DNA of 64,000 bases from Verrucomicrobiota bacterium (GTDB taxonomy: Bacteria > Verrucomicrobiota > Verrucomicrobiia > Opitutales > Opitutaceae), in assembly GCA_023446865.1 (NCBI GenBank), contig JAEXPL010000115.1:584-64583 (forward strand), read 5' to 3'. Position numbers and translations under genes: made by a program. Below, piece by piece: positions 25,459 through 33,799 of the stretch (positions are counted from its first letter, which is position 1; the number at the start of each line of letters is the position of its first letter). The notes beneath the pieces were generated by a model that made no database searches, was not told where the DNA came from, and saw nothing but the letters and a program-made list of their open reading frames with translations.

Positions 25459-26871
25459 ATGCCCCGGCCCAAACATCCTTCCTCCAGCGCTACCGAAGAG
25501 CTGCCGCTATTGTTTTCGCCGGGTGAACCGGTGCCGCCGCCGGATTTGGCCCCTTCGGCGCCTCCCGGACCTTCGACCACCGCCCGTGTACCGAAGGTGT
25601 TCACCTATCCCGGCGTTTTCACCCCCAAGCCCCAGCCGCTCACGGAGCCCATCGTCAAGAAGGTCGGGGAGACCACCTTCTATCTGGGATGTGACAAGAC
25701 CCTCGGTTTGAAGGCGGACAAGACGCTCGGCTATGGCCATATTCGCATGGCTCTCGCGTGCTGCTACCTCTTCGAGAACCAGGGCGAGACCCGCCGCAAT
25801 TACGGTGACAGCGACTTTTCCCTGTGCACGCGCACGACCTGGCGGGAATTCGCCCGGCTCTTCCTCTATGAGTCCGCGCCCGGGCGGGACTCGATCAACA
25901 AGTTCCACAACTGGCTCCTGGATCTGCGCGCCTTCCCGATCATCATCGAGCACTCCGGCGGCAGTCGCATCCAAACGCACTTCTTGGAGGATGTGAAGGT
26001 CGTTACCGCCAACAAGAAGTCCCCGGAGGACGGTTGCGTCTATCTCCAGATCACGAAGGAATTCCACCACTTCCTGCTCGGTGTCACCCTTTCCCACGTG
26101 ATCTCGGTCGGGGAGTTCTTCGCCATCAAGGGCGAGATCGCCCCGTTGCTCTATCTCTGGCTCCCGGCCCTGACGCAAAAGTCGGCCGCGATGGGCAAGG
26201 TGTTCAAGATGGACGCCCTCTCACTGCTTGAGCGCAACGGCATCCGCCTGCCTCGCAACGGCAGCGGCCGGGTATACCCGTCGGTAATCCGCCAATACTA
26301 CGAGCAGAACGGCGAGAATTCCATCATCCGGCAGTTGCAGGGGCGGGAGACCCGCACCGGCTTCTGGCAGCGGGTGTGGCTGAGCCCCGCCGACACAACC
26401 CGCGGTTGCGGCCTCAATCTCTGTATCGAGGAGGTACGCACAACCCCCCTGATCGAGCCCGGGCATGATCCCGCGCTTCCGTCGTCCAACAGCCGGGGTG
26501 TCATTCGCAGCTATTTCCTGTCCGGCAACCCCGCCTTGACCGACGACGACTACCTCGCCCGCCGCGCCGAGCTGCGCACCCAGGTGCGAGAGCAGGGTGG
26601 GGTGGAGTTCTCCAGCTACGAGCGGGATCTCCTCGAAACATTGGAGATCACCGGCAAGGTGTTCCACAAGAGCCGCCCCTGTCTTTTGGAGATCAAGGCG
26701 TGCCTGCGGTCCTCCCGCTTCCAGGAGCTGCTCGCCGATGTCGCCGCCCAGATCCGGGAAGGCCGACAGGCGACCGGCTCGAACATCCAATGGGTGATCG
26801 ACACGGCGAAGTCGTATCTCGACCCCAAGCGGCACGAACAGGACCACCGCTCACGCCACGGGCAGAACTGA
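25459..26871 (+). CDS. Candidate replication initiator (Rep)
   Basis: 470-aa ORF ending 31 nt before an array of eight direct 18-bp repeats. Assigned from context only, not from a recognised motif. Confidence 0.55.
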   Translation: MPRPKHPSSSATEELPLLFSPGEPVPPPDLAPSAPPGPSTTARVPKVFTYPGVFTPKPQPLTEPIVKKVGETTFYLGCDKTLGLKADKTLGYGHIRMALACCYLFENQGETRRNYGDSDFSLCTRTTWREFARLFLYESAPGRDSINKFHNWLLDLRAFPIIIEHSGGSRIQTHFLEDVKVVTANKKSPEDGCVYLQITKEFHHFLLGVTLSHVISVGEFFAIKGEIAPLLYLWLPALTQKSAAMGKVFKMDALSLLERNGIRLPRNGSGRVYPSVIRQYYEQNGENSIIRQLQGRETRTGFWQRVWLSPADTTRGCGLNLCIEEVRTTPLIEPGHDPALPSSNSRGVIRSYFLSGNPALTDDDYLARRAELRTQVREQGGVEFSSYERDLLETLEITGKVFHKSRPCLLEIKACLRSSRFQELLADVAAQIREGRQATGSNIQWVIDTAKSYLDPKRHEQDHRSRHGQN

Positions 26872-26902
26872 ATCGCGTAGAGTAGGCGGCTCACGCGCGG
26901 CC

Positions 26903-27387
26903 TGCGGCATCTCAAGTAAGTTGCATCAGAGCAATTTACGCAGCTTCGCATGCCCGCCCGACGTCGCGACCACGTCGTCCACCTCTCAACCTCATAGGTT
27001 CACAACCTAAGACGGCCGAGGTGCGGCATTTCAAGTAAGTTGTCCATCAACGACTTCCATCCAATGGCTCACGTAGTGCGGGTGTTCACAGTACCCTAAC
27101 CCGACAACCTCTTAGGTTAAGAGCCGTCACTCAGGGTGCGGCATCTCAATGAAGTCCTCATTCCAAGGGCTGAAGAGGGCCACAACTTCACATCCGCCAG
27201 ATCGCGGGGTGCGGCATTTCAATGAAGGAACCCGCAACCACCAGGGGATCAGGCCGGCGCTCGCACCCGCTCCGGGCTCTGCGGCATCCCAATGAAAGGA
27301 AAATCGGTTTCTGCGGCATCTGAATGAAAGACCCGCGGCATCTCAATTTAGGCGCTTACCTATGAAGCCCGCGGCATCTCAATGAAG
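26903..27387 (+). repeat. Iteron array (oriV candidate): eight direct copies of YGCGGCATYTCAATGAAG
   Basis: Copies start at 26903, 27022, 27137, 27210, 27280, 27312, 27334 and 27370. All are in the same orientation, with spacings of 119, 115, 73, 70, 32, 22 and 36 bp. Confidence 0.8.
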
Positions 27388-27522
27388 CGGTTCCCTCTCA
27401 AAACCCGTCGTCTACATTACAGAATGTATGCAGACAGGAATGTTGAAGACATTGGGCCTTCGGCCCCAACGCGCCTTATCAGGCGGTCGATTCAGTTGTG
27501 AGGGGGCTTCGCCCCTTTCGGC

Positions 27523-27558
27523 TTGACCCACGGCCCCAGGAGCAATCATAACTGAATT
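27523..27558 (+). promoter_or_regulatory. Promoter-like element, TTGACC-N18-20-(CA)TAACTGAATT, ending 1 nt before ATG 27560
   Basis: Same architecture as 33745-33781 and 44278-44314. Implies a leaderless or very short-leader mRNA. Confidence 0.45.
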
Positions 27559-27559
27559 C

Positions 27560-28675
27560 ATGGCACTCCGAGCACCTCGCACCCCGCAGCCCTCCGCTGC
27601 CAGCACCCCAAAACCTTCCGCCGCGACTGGCGCCTCGCTGCCGGCTCAGGTGGAGCCGCCCGTAACCCCGCCTCCGCCGGCTATTCCACAGCCCGCGCCG
27701 GCGACCCCTCCACGTCCCACCCCAACCGCCCGAGAGCCCGCCAAGGGCTCAGAAGCCGACTTGGTTGCGCATTTGCGGGCGGAAGGGCCGAAGGCCATCG
27801 CCACGGCTTTGGGAGTCACTGCCGATGCCCCACAGGTGGGCGAGTATCTCGAATGCGCGGTCGCCTACGTCTCGAATCGCAACGGCCAGCAGTACGCGAA
27901 CATCCTGAAGGCGACCCCAGGCAGCGTTGTGCAGGCCGTCGCGAAACTGGCGGCGTTGCGACTCAAGTTGATCGAGGACCAGGGACTCGCGTTCCTGACG
28001 ACCCGCTCGATCAAGGACCAAGCGACCGGGGAATACATCATTGTGGCTGTCGGCACTCCCGGGATCCGTGGCATGGAAAATGTACTGAAGGACGAGGGCA
28101 TCCGTTACACGGTCAACAGCAACGCGGTCCGTCGGCAGGATCATTTCAAGGTGGTGCAGGGCACCGTCGGCAATCGCACGGTGGAGTTCACTCCGAACAC
28201 CCAGCCGGATTTCACCAAGCCCAACGACGTCATCGCGTCCTACGCGGTCCTCACGAGTGAATCACAGCAGGAGATCGTCGTCACGAAGACGCTGCGCGAG
28301 CCGACGGTGGCGTTGGCCGAGTGCGTGCAGATCGCGAAGGCCCGCGCCGAGCAGGCGGGGGCGAAGTTCGATGAGACGGCCGCGAAGCAGCAGTTCAAGG
28401 CCCTGGTGGATGAGCGCGCGAAGGGACGGAAGGGCGCGAAGCTGCCACTTGAGGAGGTCGGCATCGAGATCATCAACCCCGGCTACAGCGGAGTGGTGAA
28501 AGCTGCCGAGTACCGGTCGTTGCGCGAAGCGTTGCGCATCGCTTCGCGCACCTGGTCGAAGAACGAGACCCTCTCCGAGCTCATCACCAGCGGCGACGAG
28601 TCGCGTGCGACCACGCCACGCCGCCCCGTCGCTGTGACCGAGGGGGAGGATGAGGAGGAGGGCCAGCGGGTATAA
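27560..28675 (+). CDS. RecT-like single-strand annealing protein (tentative) with a Pro/Ala-rich N-terminal extension; tail EEEGQRV
   Basis: The order of blocks (SVVQAVAKLAALRL, GLAFLTTRS, IIVAVGTPGIRGM, AVRRQDHFKV, VIASYAVL) parallels RecT. Confidence 0.5.
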   Translation: MALRAPRTPQPSAASTPKPSAATGASLPAQVEPPVTPPPPAIPQPAPATPPRPTPTAREPAKGSEADLVAHLRAEGPKAIATALGVTADAPQVGEYLECAVAYVSNRNGQQYANILKATPGSVVQAVAKLAALRLKLIEDQGLAFLTTRSIKDQATGEYIIVAVGTPGIRGMENVLKDEGIRYTVNSNAVRRQDHFKVVQGTVGNRTVEFTPNTQPDFTKPNDVIASYAVLTSESQQEIVVTKTLREPTVALAECVQIAKARAEQAGAKFDETAAKQQFKALVDERAKGRKGAKLPLEEVGIEIINPGYSGVVKAAEYRSLREALRIASRTWSKNETLSELITSGDESRATTPRRPVAVTEGEDEEEGQRV

Positions 28676-28683
28676 TTTCCACA

Positions 28684-29346
28684 ATGACACCAACCCCCGA
28701 GAACCCCAGTCAGCAACACGGGTTGCGAACCAGTAGTGTGGTCGAGGCGATCCATGATCTCCTCGCCTCCCCGGATTTGAACCTCGACAGTCTCGACCCT
28801 GCCACTGTTCGAGCCGTCGAACGAGTACGTCTTCTGGTCGGTGAACCGGTCGGGCAGGGGATTGGGGTGACGGGCAAGACGCCGCGCACCGCCGCCGCTG
28901 TTCTCCGCGGCTATCGTTTCACAACGGAAACCGGCACTCGTGAGTACGTCCCCGCCGAGGACTGTGCAGCGCTTGAAACTGAGCTCATCGCCACCCAGGT
29001 CCGTGCAATGGAATTGGCGGCGGAGCGCGACAGAATGCATGGGAAGATCGGCAAGCTCGACCTCCTCCGGATTTCCGCGCAACGCGAGTTAGCTGAAATC
29101 CGTGCGGGTATATCCAACAATGCGAGCGGCGATCAAGAGTTGGAGACGCTGCGGGGCGAGTTGCGCAAGCTGATCGCCTTCTCCGAACGGAACCCCTTCT
29201 GCGCCTTGGCTCACTACGTCGAGAATGCCCCAGGGCTTCAGGCGGTGGCCGCGAAGGCAGCTCCCTTCAAACTGCCGGATACGCTGGCGCGGCAGGAGGG
29301 TGAGGACGGCGAAGAGTCGGCCGAGACTGAAGGGCAGCGGGTGTGA
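28684..29346 (+). CDS. Hypothetical coiled-coil protein; tail ESAETEGQRV
   Basis: 220-aa ORF starting 8 nt after the upstream stop. Confidence 0.6.
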   Translation: MTPTPENPSQQHGLRTSSVVEAIHDLLASPDLNLDSLDPATVRAVERVRLLVGEPVGQGIGVTGKTPRTAAAVLRGYRFTTETGTREYVPAEDCAALETELIATQVRAMELAAERDRMHGKIGKLDLLRISAQRELAEIRAGISNNASGDQELETLRGELRKLIAFSERNPFCALAHYVENAPGLQAVAAKAAPFKLPDTLARQEGEDGEESAETEGQRV

Positions 29347-29372
29347 AAACCCGAATTCGTGAGGACGCCTAC

Positions 29373-30437
29373 ATGCCTACAGAATCATCGCGCCCAGCCT
29401 ACTACCTCATCGGGACACCGGACGGTGATCAGATTATCCCCGCGCGGAGCGCCGTGGAGGCGGCGGACTTCATGTGGCAGCAAGTGGAAGGGCAGATGTG
29501 GGGACCAGGTGTCGGGAATTTGCAGGATGGACCGAGCGAATACGACAGGCCCTACCGACGGAGCGACATACAGGTGGTTCTTGCCACCGCCGAGAATGTG
29601 AGGGGGTGGGCACGGTTCCTGCCGGTCGAAGTACCCGAGTCCCCCCGGCTTATGCTCACCGCGGAGAACAGAGCGCTTGAACAACACGCGTTCCAGACTC
29701 CGGTTCAGGTGGATATGAATCTCGAATACATCCTCCTCACCGGACAGGATTTCGAGGGCGATAACCGTGAGATCCGGTTCCGCGGGGCGGATGCGCTCCG
29801 CAAGGTACGGGTTTACGGCAGCGAGCTGGCGGCTGGTCCTGATGGCTGGCGGGGCATGACAGCGACTGCGTGGGATCAGCGGGGCCAGCCGCACGACATT
29901 ACCGCGATGGTTTTTGGCCAGAAGCCCTCGCTCGATCTGGCTCAGCAACCCGCGGTCTCGACTCCGGACCGGCGAGCGTTTGATCCGGGCTGCCGCGATG
30001 GAATCGCGGTGGTCGGGCAAGATCGGCGGAGCTTCTCCGAGAGGGTTACAGAGCGCCGAAGTTTCCCCGAAATTATCGAGGCGGCCTCTCTGACGCTGTC
30101 GGGATCTCACCTCAACTTCCAGACCGATGCCGACATATTTGAAGACCTTGTTCGGGAATCTCGTGAGTGTGCAGCGATCATCGCCCCGGGCAATTCCCCA
30201 ACCGCCGCGGATTTCAGAGTAGCATTTGTCGATTACACCATCGGGAAGCTGAGCCGCGAGGAATTCGTCCGAAGGATTCAGAAGCATGAACCGATCTTGA
30301 AGCGTGAGCATCTTACCGCAGTGGAGAGTTCACGTGCGTGTCAGGCGCCGTCCCGAGGTGCAAGGCTACTAGTGGGCCAGGTACGGACTACCGAAGGAAT
30401 CGACACTGATCCGGAATCGGATGGAATCACCCCTTAA
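29373..30437 (+). CDS. Hypothetical protein; N-terminal domain paralogous to 21136..21498; tail DPESDGITP
   Basis: ATG 29373 with GAGGAC 8 nt upstream. The ORF-track GTG at 29343 is an alternative start. Confidence 0.6.
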   Translation: MPTESSRPAYYLIGTPDGDQIIPARSAVEAADFMWQQVEGQMWGPGVGNLQDGPSEYDRPYRRSDIQVVLATAENVRGWARFLPVEVPESPRLMLTAENRALEQHAFQTPVQVDMNLEYILLTGQDFEGDNREIRFRGADALRKVRVYGSELAAGPDGWRGMTATAWDQRGQPHDITAMVFGQKPSLDLAQQPAVSTPDRRAFDPGCRDGIAVVGQDRRSFSERVTERRSFPEIIEAASLTLSGSHLNFQTDADIFEDLVRESRECAAIIAPGNSPTAADFRVAFVDYTIGKLSREEFVRRIQKHEPILKREHLTAVESSRACQAPSRGARLLVGQVRTTEGIDTDPESDGITP

Positions 30438-30443
30438 CTCAAC

Positions 30444-31334
30444 ATGGCCCAACCCTCAAAGAAGACCCGCCTTCCCGACCTCACCGACGGCAATATCGCG
30501 ATTTATCGCGTGGTGCCGGCAGAGGTCGGCAAGAAACCGTACTACGAAATCTACGACGGGGCGCCCGGCGCCGACCCCGCCGCGAAAGTGCAGGTGAAAA
30601 TCTTCCCCGACATCCTCGGGACGGAGCTGGACATCCGCGCCGTGCGGGACATCTACCGCGGCGAGTCCCCGCTGATCCGCGGCTACAGCGACCGCACGAA
30701 GAAGACCTTCCCGGCGTTTGTTTGCGCGCGCCGGCCGAAGCCGACGACCTTTGTCCGCGAGGAGGGCGGGGTTGGCGAGGGGTACACCTACGAGCTCGGC
30801 ATCGCGTACCCGAAATACGCGAAGAAGGGCGAAGCCGGCGGGAACGCCGAACTCATCGGCTACCGTCTCTGGACGGGCCGGAACGAGCCGCTGGTGGATT
30901 TCTTCGCCACGGCCGGTTCCAAGAAGCAGGTCCGGCTCTCCGCCCGCGACTGTTTTTCGCTCTACGACGGGAACGTCCTCTCGCTCAACAACCACCAGGT
31001 GAAGATGCTCCGAATCGAAGAGAGCATGTACGAGGGGAAGCCTGTCCGTTTGGCGCGCGTGTCCGCGACGGTGATCAATCGTCAGCGGGGCGAGGACGTC
31101 GAGGTGACTCCGGCTGAGAACGACGAACTCACCCGGTTGCTTGGGGAGCGGGAGTCCCTCCAAAAGCAGGCCGACGAGCTTCGCGCCAAGGCCGGGTATC
31201 ACAGCCCCCTCGAAGGCGAGAACCCGGTCCCCGCGAGCCTCACGCGCGCCATCGGCAAGCTCACCGTCAAGATCGAGCAACTCCGCAAGGAGGCGACCGC
31301 CGAGAGCGCGTCCGAGGACGGCGTCAAAGTCTAG
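30444..31334 (+). CDS. Hypothetical protein; tail ESASEDGVKV
   Basis: 296-aa ORF with high GC3. Confidence 0.6.
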   Translation: MAQPSKKTRLPDLTDGNIAIYRVVPAEVGKKPYYEIYDGAPGADPAAKVQVKIFPDILGTELDIRAVRDIYRGESPLIRGYSDRTKKTFPAFVCARRPKPTTFVREEGGVGEGYTYELGIAYPKYAKKGEAGGNAELIGYRLWTGRNEPLVDFFATAGSKKQVRLSARDCFSLYDGNVLSLNNHQVKMLRIEESMYEGKPVRLARVSATVINRQRGEDVEVTPAENDELTRLLGERESLQKQADELRAKAGYHSPLEGENPVPASLTRAIGKLTVKIEQLRKEATAESASEDGVKV

Positions 31335-31397
31335 TGCAGGGTGGCGCGTGTACCGCACCCATACTGAGCAATCACCATCGCAACGTAACACACAAGA

Positions 31398-32111
31398 ATG
31401 AATACTAACGACGCCGACGGCCGCACTCAAAACCCTTCACCGAAGACGGGCACTGGCATCACTGAATTGCGGAGGTTGATCGGGCAACTTGGGGTGCTCC
31501 AACGGCAAGCAGACGAAGGGAAGGTGTCCCCGCTGGGCGCCGGACGGTTGCGGGAGGGGTTGCTGTCGAAAGGATTGCGTATCCTGGCCGCAGAAGCCGG
31601 AATCGAACTCCGCGAGCCTCTACAGATCAACGCGAACGGCGAATACGCGGTCATTGCCGAGATGACCGATCCTTCGCTGCGATCCATGGGGGCCAGTGGT
31701 CCCTATGGCGCAGCCTTCGCGGCGCTCCTGCGTCGATTCGACACTCGAACCGGGCAATTCGCAGTCAAGGGGCACGTTCTCCCGGAGAATGGCTGGTGTT
31801 GGATGAACCATTTCGAGGTCGAGCGTATGCTGACCTCTTTGGCCCAAGAGGGGCTTGAATCGTTGTCGCTTCGGCCCATGACGCCCGCCGAGCTGCAAGC
31901 GATCAAGGTTCGAGGAACATCCCTGGTGTGCGTTGAACACCCCGAGTGGGGCACATGGGGTGTCATGGAGGACCGCGGCTCCTATTTTGAGATCCATGGC
32001 GATGCCGGCGGTCGGGTTCTCGACAAGGCGGAGGCGTTGGGCCACTGGGCGATTTCCCGGCCGGCAGTGATCCAGACCGACGAAGAGGAATCTGCCGGCG
32101 TCAAGGTTTAG
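31398..32111 (+). CDS. Hypothetical protein; tail DEEESAGVKV
   Basis: 237-aa ORF. Confidence 0.6.
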   Translation: MNTNDADGRTQNPSPKTGTGITELRRLIGQLGVLQRQADEGKVSPLGAGRLREGLLSKGLRILAAEAGIELREPLQINANGEYAVIAEMTDPSLRSMGASGPYGAAFAALLRRFDTRTGQFAVKGHVLPENGWCWMNHFEVERMLTSLAQEGLESLSLRPMTPAELQAIKVRGTSLVCVEHPEWGTWGVMEDRGSYFEIHGDAGGRVLDKAEALGHWAISRPAVIQTDEEESAGVKV

Positions 32112-32154
32112 GGAGCGGCACACCCAAGGGACCGCGGGTAGCGCAACCCATACA

Positions 32155-32766
32155 ATGAATACAAATTCCATTCTCTCTCATTTTGCCAACGAGTCGAGTG
32201 CGGCGACGGTGCTTCGCAGCGCGGTGGAGGAGCAGTTGGTGCGCGCCCGGGCGCTGGTTGGGGAGCTGGAGCAGATCCGCCGGCAGTTGCACGGCCGGCC
32301 CCCTCCGACGGAGGTGGCGGGCATCAGGTGGCTGGACGACATTCTCGGCGACAGCGACCGCGGCCTGGACCAGGCGGCCATGGACGGGATCATCGAGCAG
32401 GTGGTGCGGCAGTTGAATGAAGTCCAGTTCGCCGGCATGGTGATGCGGGCCACGCAGGAATGCAGCGGCGGTACCCGGTGTGTGGCCTGGGGACAGATCG
32501 AACGCGCGAAGGATGCCGCCGACCCGGTGGGACGGTACGTCGTGGTGTACGCGAACCACGCGGCGGTGGAGTTCACGCTCGGGAAAGTCACGCCGTTACG
32601 GATGGTCCGGGGGCAGGGCTCTGGAACAATTTACGAGGCCACCAAGGGGGAGTTGGTGTTGGCTCCCTCGTCCGCCAGCACCTCGATTGAAGTCTTCGAC
32701 AACGAAGAGGCCCTGAAGGACTGGATCACGAGCAACGAGGACGACGGGGCGCACATGCGTCCGTGA
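32155..32766 (+). CDS. Hypothetical protein; tail NEDDGAHMRP
   Basis: 203-aa ORF. Confidence 0.55.
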   Translation: MNTNSILSHFANESSAATVLRSAVEEQLVRARALVGELEQIRRQLHGRPPPTEVAGIRWLDDILGDSDRGLDQAAMDGIIEQVVRQLNEVQFAGMVMRATQECSGGTRCVAWGQIERAKDAADPVGRYVVVYANHAAVEFTLGKVTPLRMVRGQGSGTIYEATKGELVLAPSSASTSIEVFDNEEALKDWITSNEDDGAHMRP

Positions 32767-32777
32767 ACTCGCCCTGA

Positions 32778-32803
32778 GAAGAGTTTGACAAGTCAAACTC
32801 TTC
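32778..32803. promoter_or_regulatory. Perfect 12+2+12 palindrome GAAGAGTTTGAC-AA-GTCAAACTCTTC (operator overlapping a TTGACA -35 box)
   Basis: Read directly from the sequence. Lies in the 53-nt gap between 32766 and 32820. Confidence 0.7.
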
Positions 32804-32819
32804 GCGTGGTATTGCCCTC

Positions 32820-33164
32820 ATGTACCTCGGGCAATTCCACAATTCGCCGACCTACGGCGCGGAGGGTGATGTGCTTTTCATCACCGTCGTGGAGTTCTAT
32901 GGGCTCGGGCCTTACACCTCTCCCATGAAGAAAACACCCACCAGCCAGTACGCCGGCCAGGTCTTGGAGCACTTCCATTTCGAGCCTATCGACCGCGGGA
33001 CGTCCATCGAGACCACCCCCCTCAAGCAACATGAGCGCAGCGAGCGGGATCTCGCGAGCGAGGTTGCCACCCGCTACGGCATCAGCGAGGCCGCTGCGCG
33101 GCTCGCGCTTGCCGATGCCGTGGCGGAGGTCGTTTCCATCGCCCCGCCGGCGGGGCGGCGCTGA
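32820..33164 (+). CDS. Hypothetical protein (no acidic tail)
   Basis: 114-aa ORF just after the palindrome. Confidence 0.5.
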   Translation: MYLGQFHNSPTYGAEGDVLFITVVEFYGLGPYTSPMKKTPTSQYAGQVLEHFHFEPIDRGTSIETTPLKQHERSERDLASEVATRYGISEAAARLALADAVAEVVSIAPPAGRR

Positions 33165-33175
33165 ACAGCCCGCCC

Positions 33176-33697
33176 ATGATCGCGTCAACGTTCCGTCACC
33201 GCGAGCGGATCTTCAATGTCCACATCGAGGAGCGCGAGGGTTCCAACATCGGGATCTTCGCCCGGCGTGAGGGCGGCGACGAGCTCGCGAACGGCATCGA
33301 GTGGCGGATCGCCAATCCTGCGGGCCATAGCCTGGAGGAAGTCGCCAGGACAGCCGCCGGCCGCGAATTCGTCGCGGCGGCGGAGGACGCGGTCCGGCGT
33401 GATCTCTGGAGCAGGTTCTCGGGCACTCGGGAAGCGACGGGCGCTCCGAGACGGAAGCATGGGTTTCTCTGGCACACCATCCGTGGCTGCGGGAGGCTCC
33501 CGTCAGGTGGTGAACATCCCGGTACGGCGTTTCTGTGCCTGCTCACCGTGATGGGAGGAATTGCCGGGGCTCGCGGGGGGTGGAAGGGGGCGCTGATGGG
33601 CGCAGGTGTCATGCTCGCCGTGTTCGGCCCCATCTACCTCTCCGGAGCCTACAGCCGCTCGCGTTGCGAGGGTGAAGGCACCGATCAAGCCCGCTGA
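33176..33697 (+). CDS. Hypothetical protein with C-terminal TM segments (no acidic tail)
   Basis: 173-aa ORF. FLCLLTVMGGIAGA and GAGVMLAVFGPIYLSG are hydrophobic. Confidence 0.5.
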   Translation: MIASTFRHRERIFNVHIEEREGSNIGIFARREGGDELANGIEWRIANPAGHSLEEVARTAAGREFVAAAEDAVRRDLWSRFSGTREATGAPRRKHGFLWHTIRGCGRLPSGGEHPGTAFLCLLTVMGGIAGARGGWKGALMGAGVMLAVFGPIYLSGAYSRSRCEGEGTDQAR

Positions 33698-33744
33698 TTG
33701 TCGTCGGGGCGACTGAGTCGCGCAAACAACCCTGGAAAGACGCC

Positions 33745-33781
33745 TTGACAGACCGTTTTCAGTCGGGATAAAAACTGAATT
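33745..33781 (+). promoter_or_regulatory. Promoter-like element, TTGACA-N18-TAAAAACTGAATT
   Basis: Lies 19 nt upstream of the ardC ATG. The motif is shared with 27523, 44278 and 51135. Confidence 0.55.
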
Positions 33782-33799
33782 ATTAGCCCCTACACCCTC

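Noticed and set aside
26903-27387. Repeat array considered as a CRISPR locus
   Set aside because: The repeats are only ~18 bp and spacing is very irregular (22-119 bp). The repeats are degenerate, no cas genes are present, and the array directly follows a candidate rep gene. Copies are also dispersed singly. Iterons fit better.
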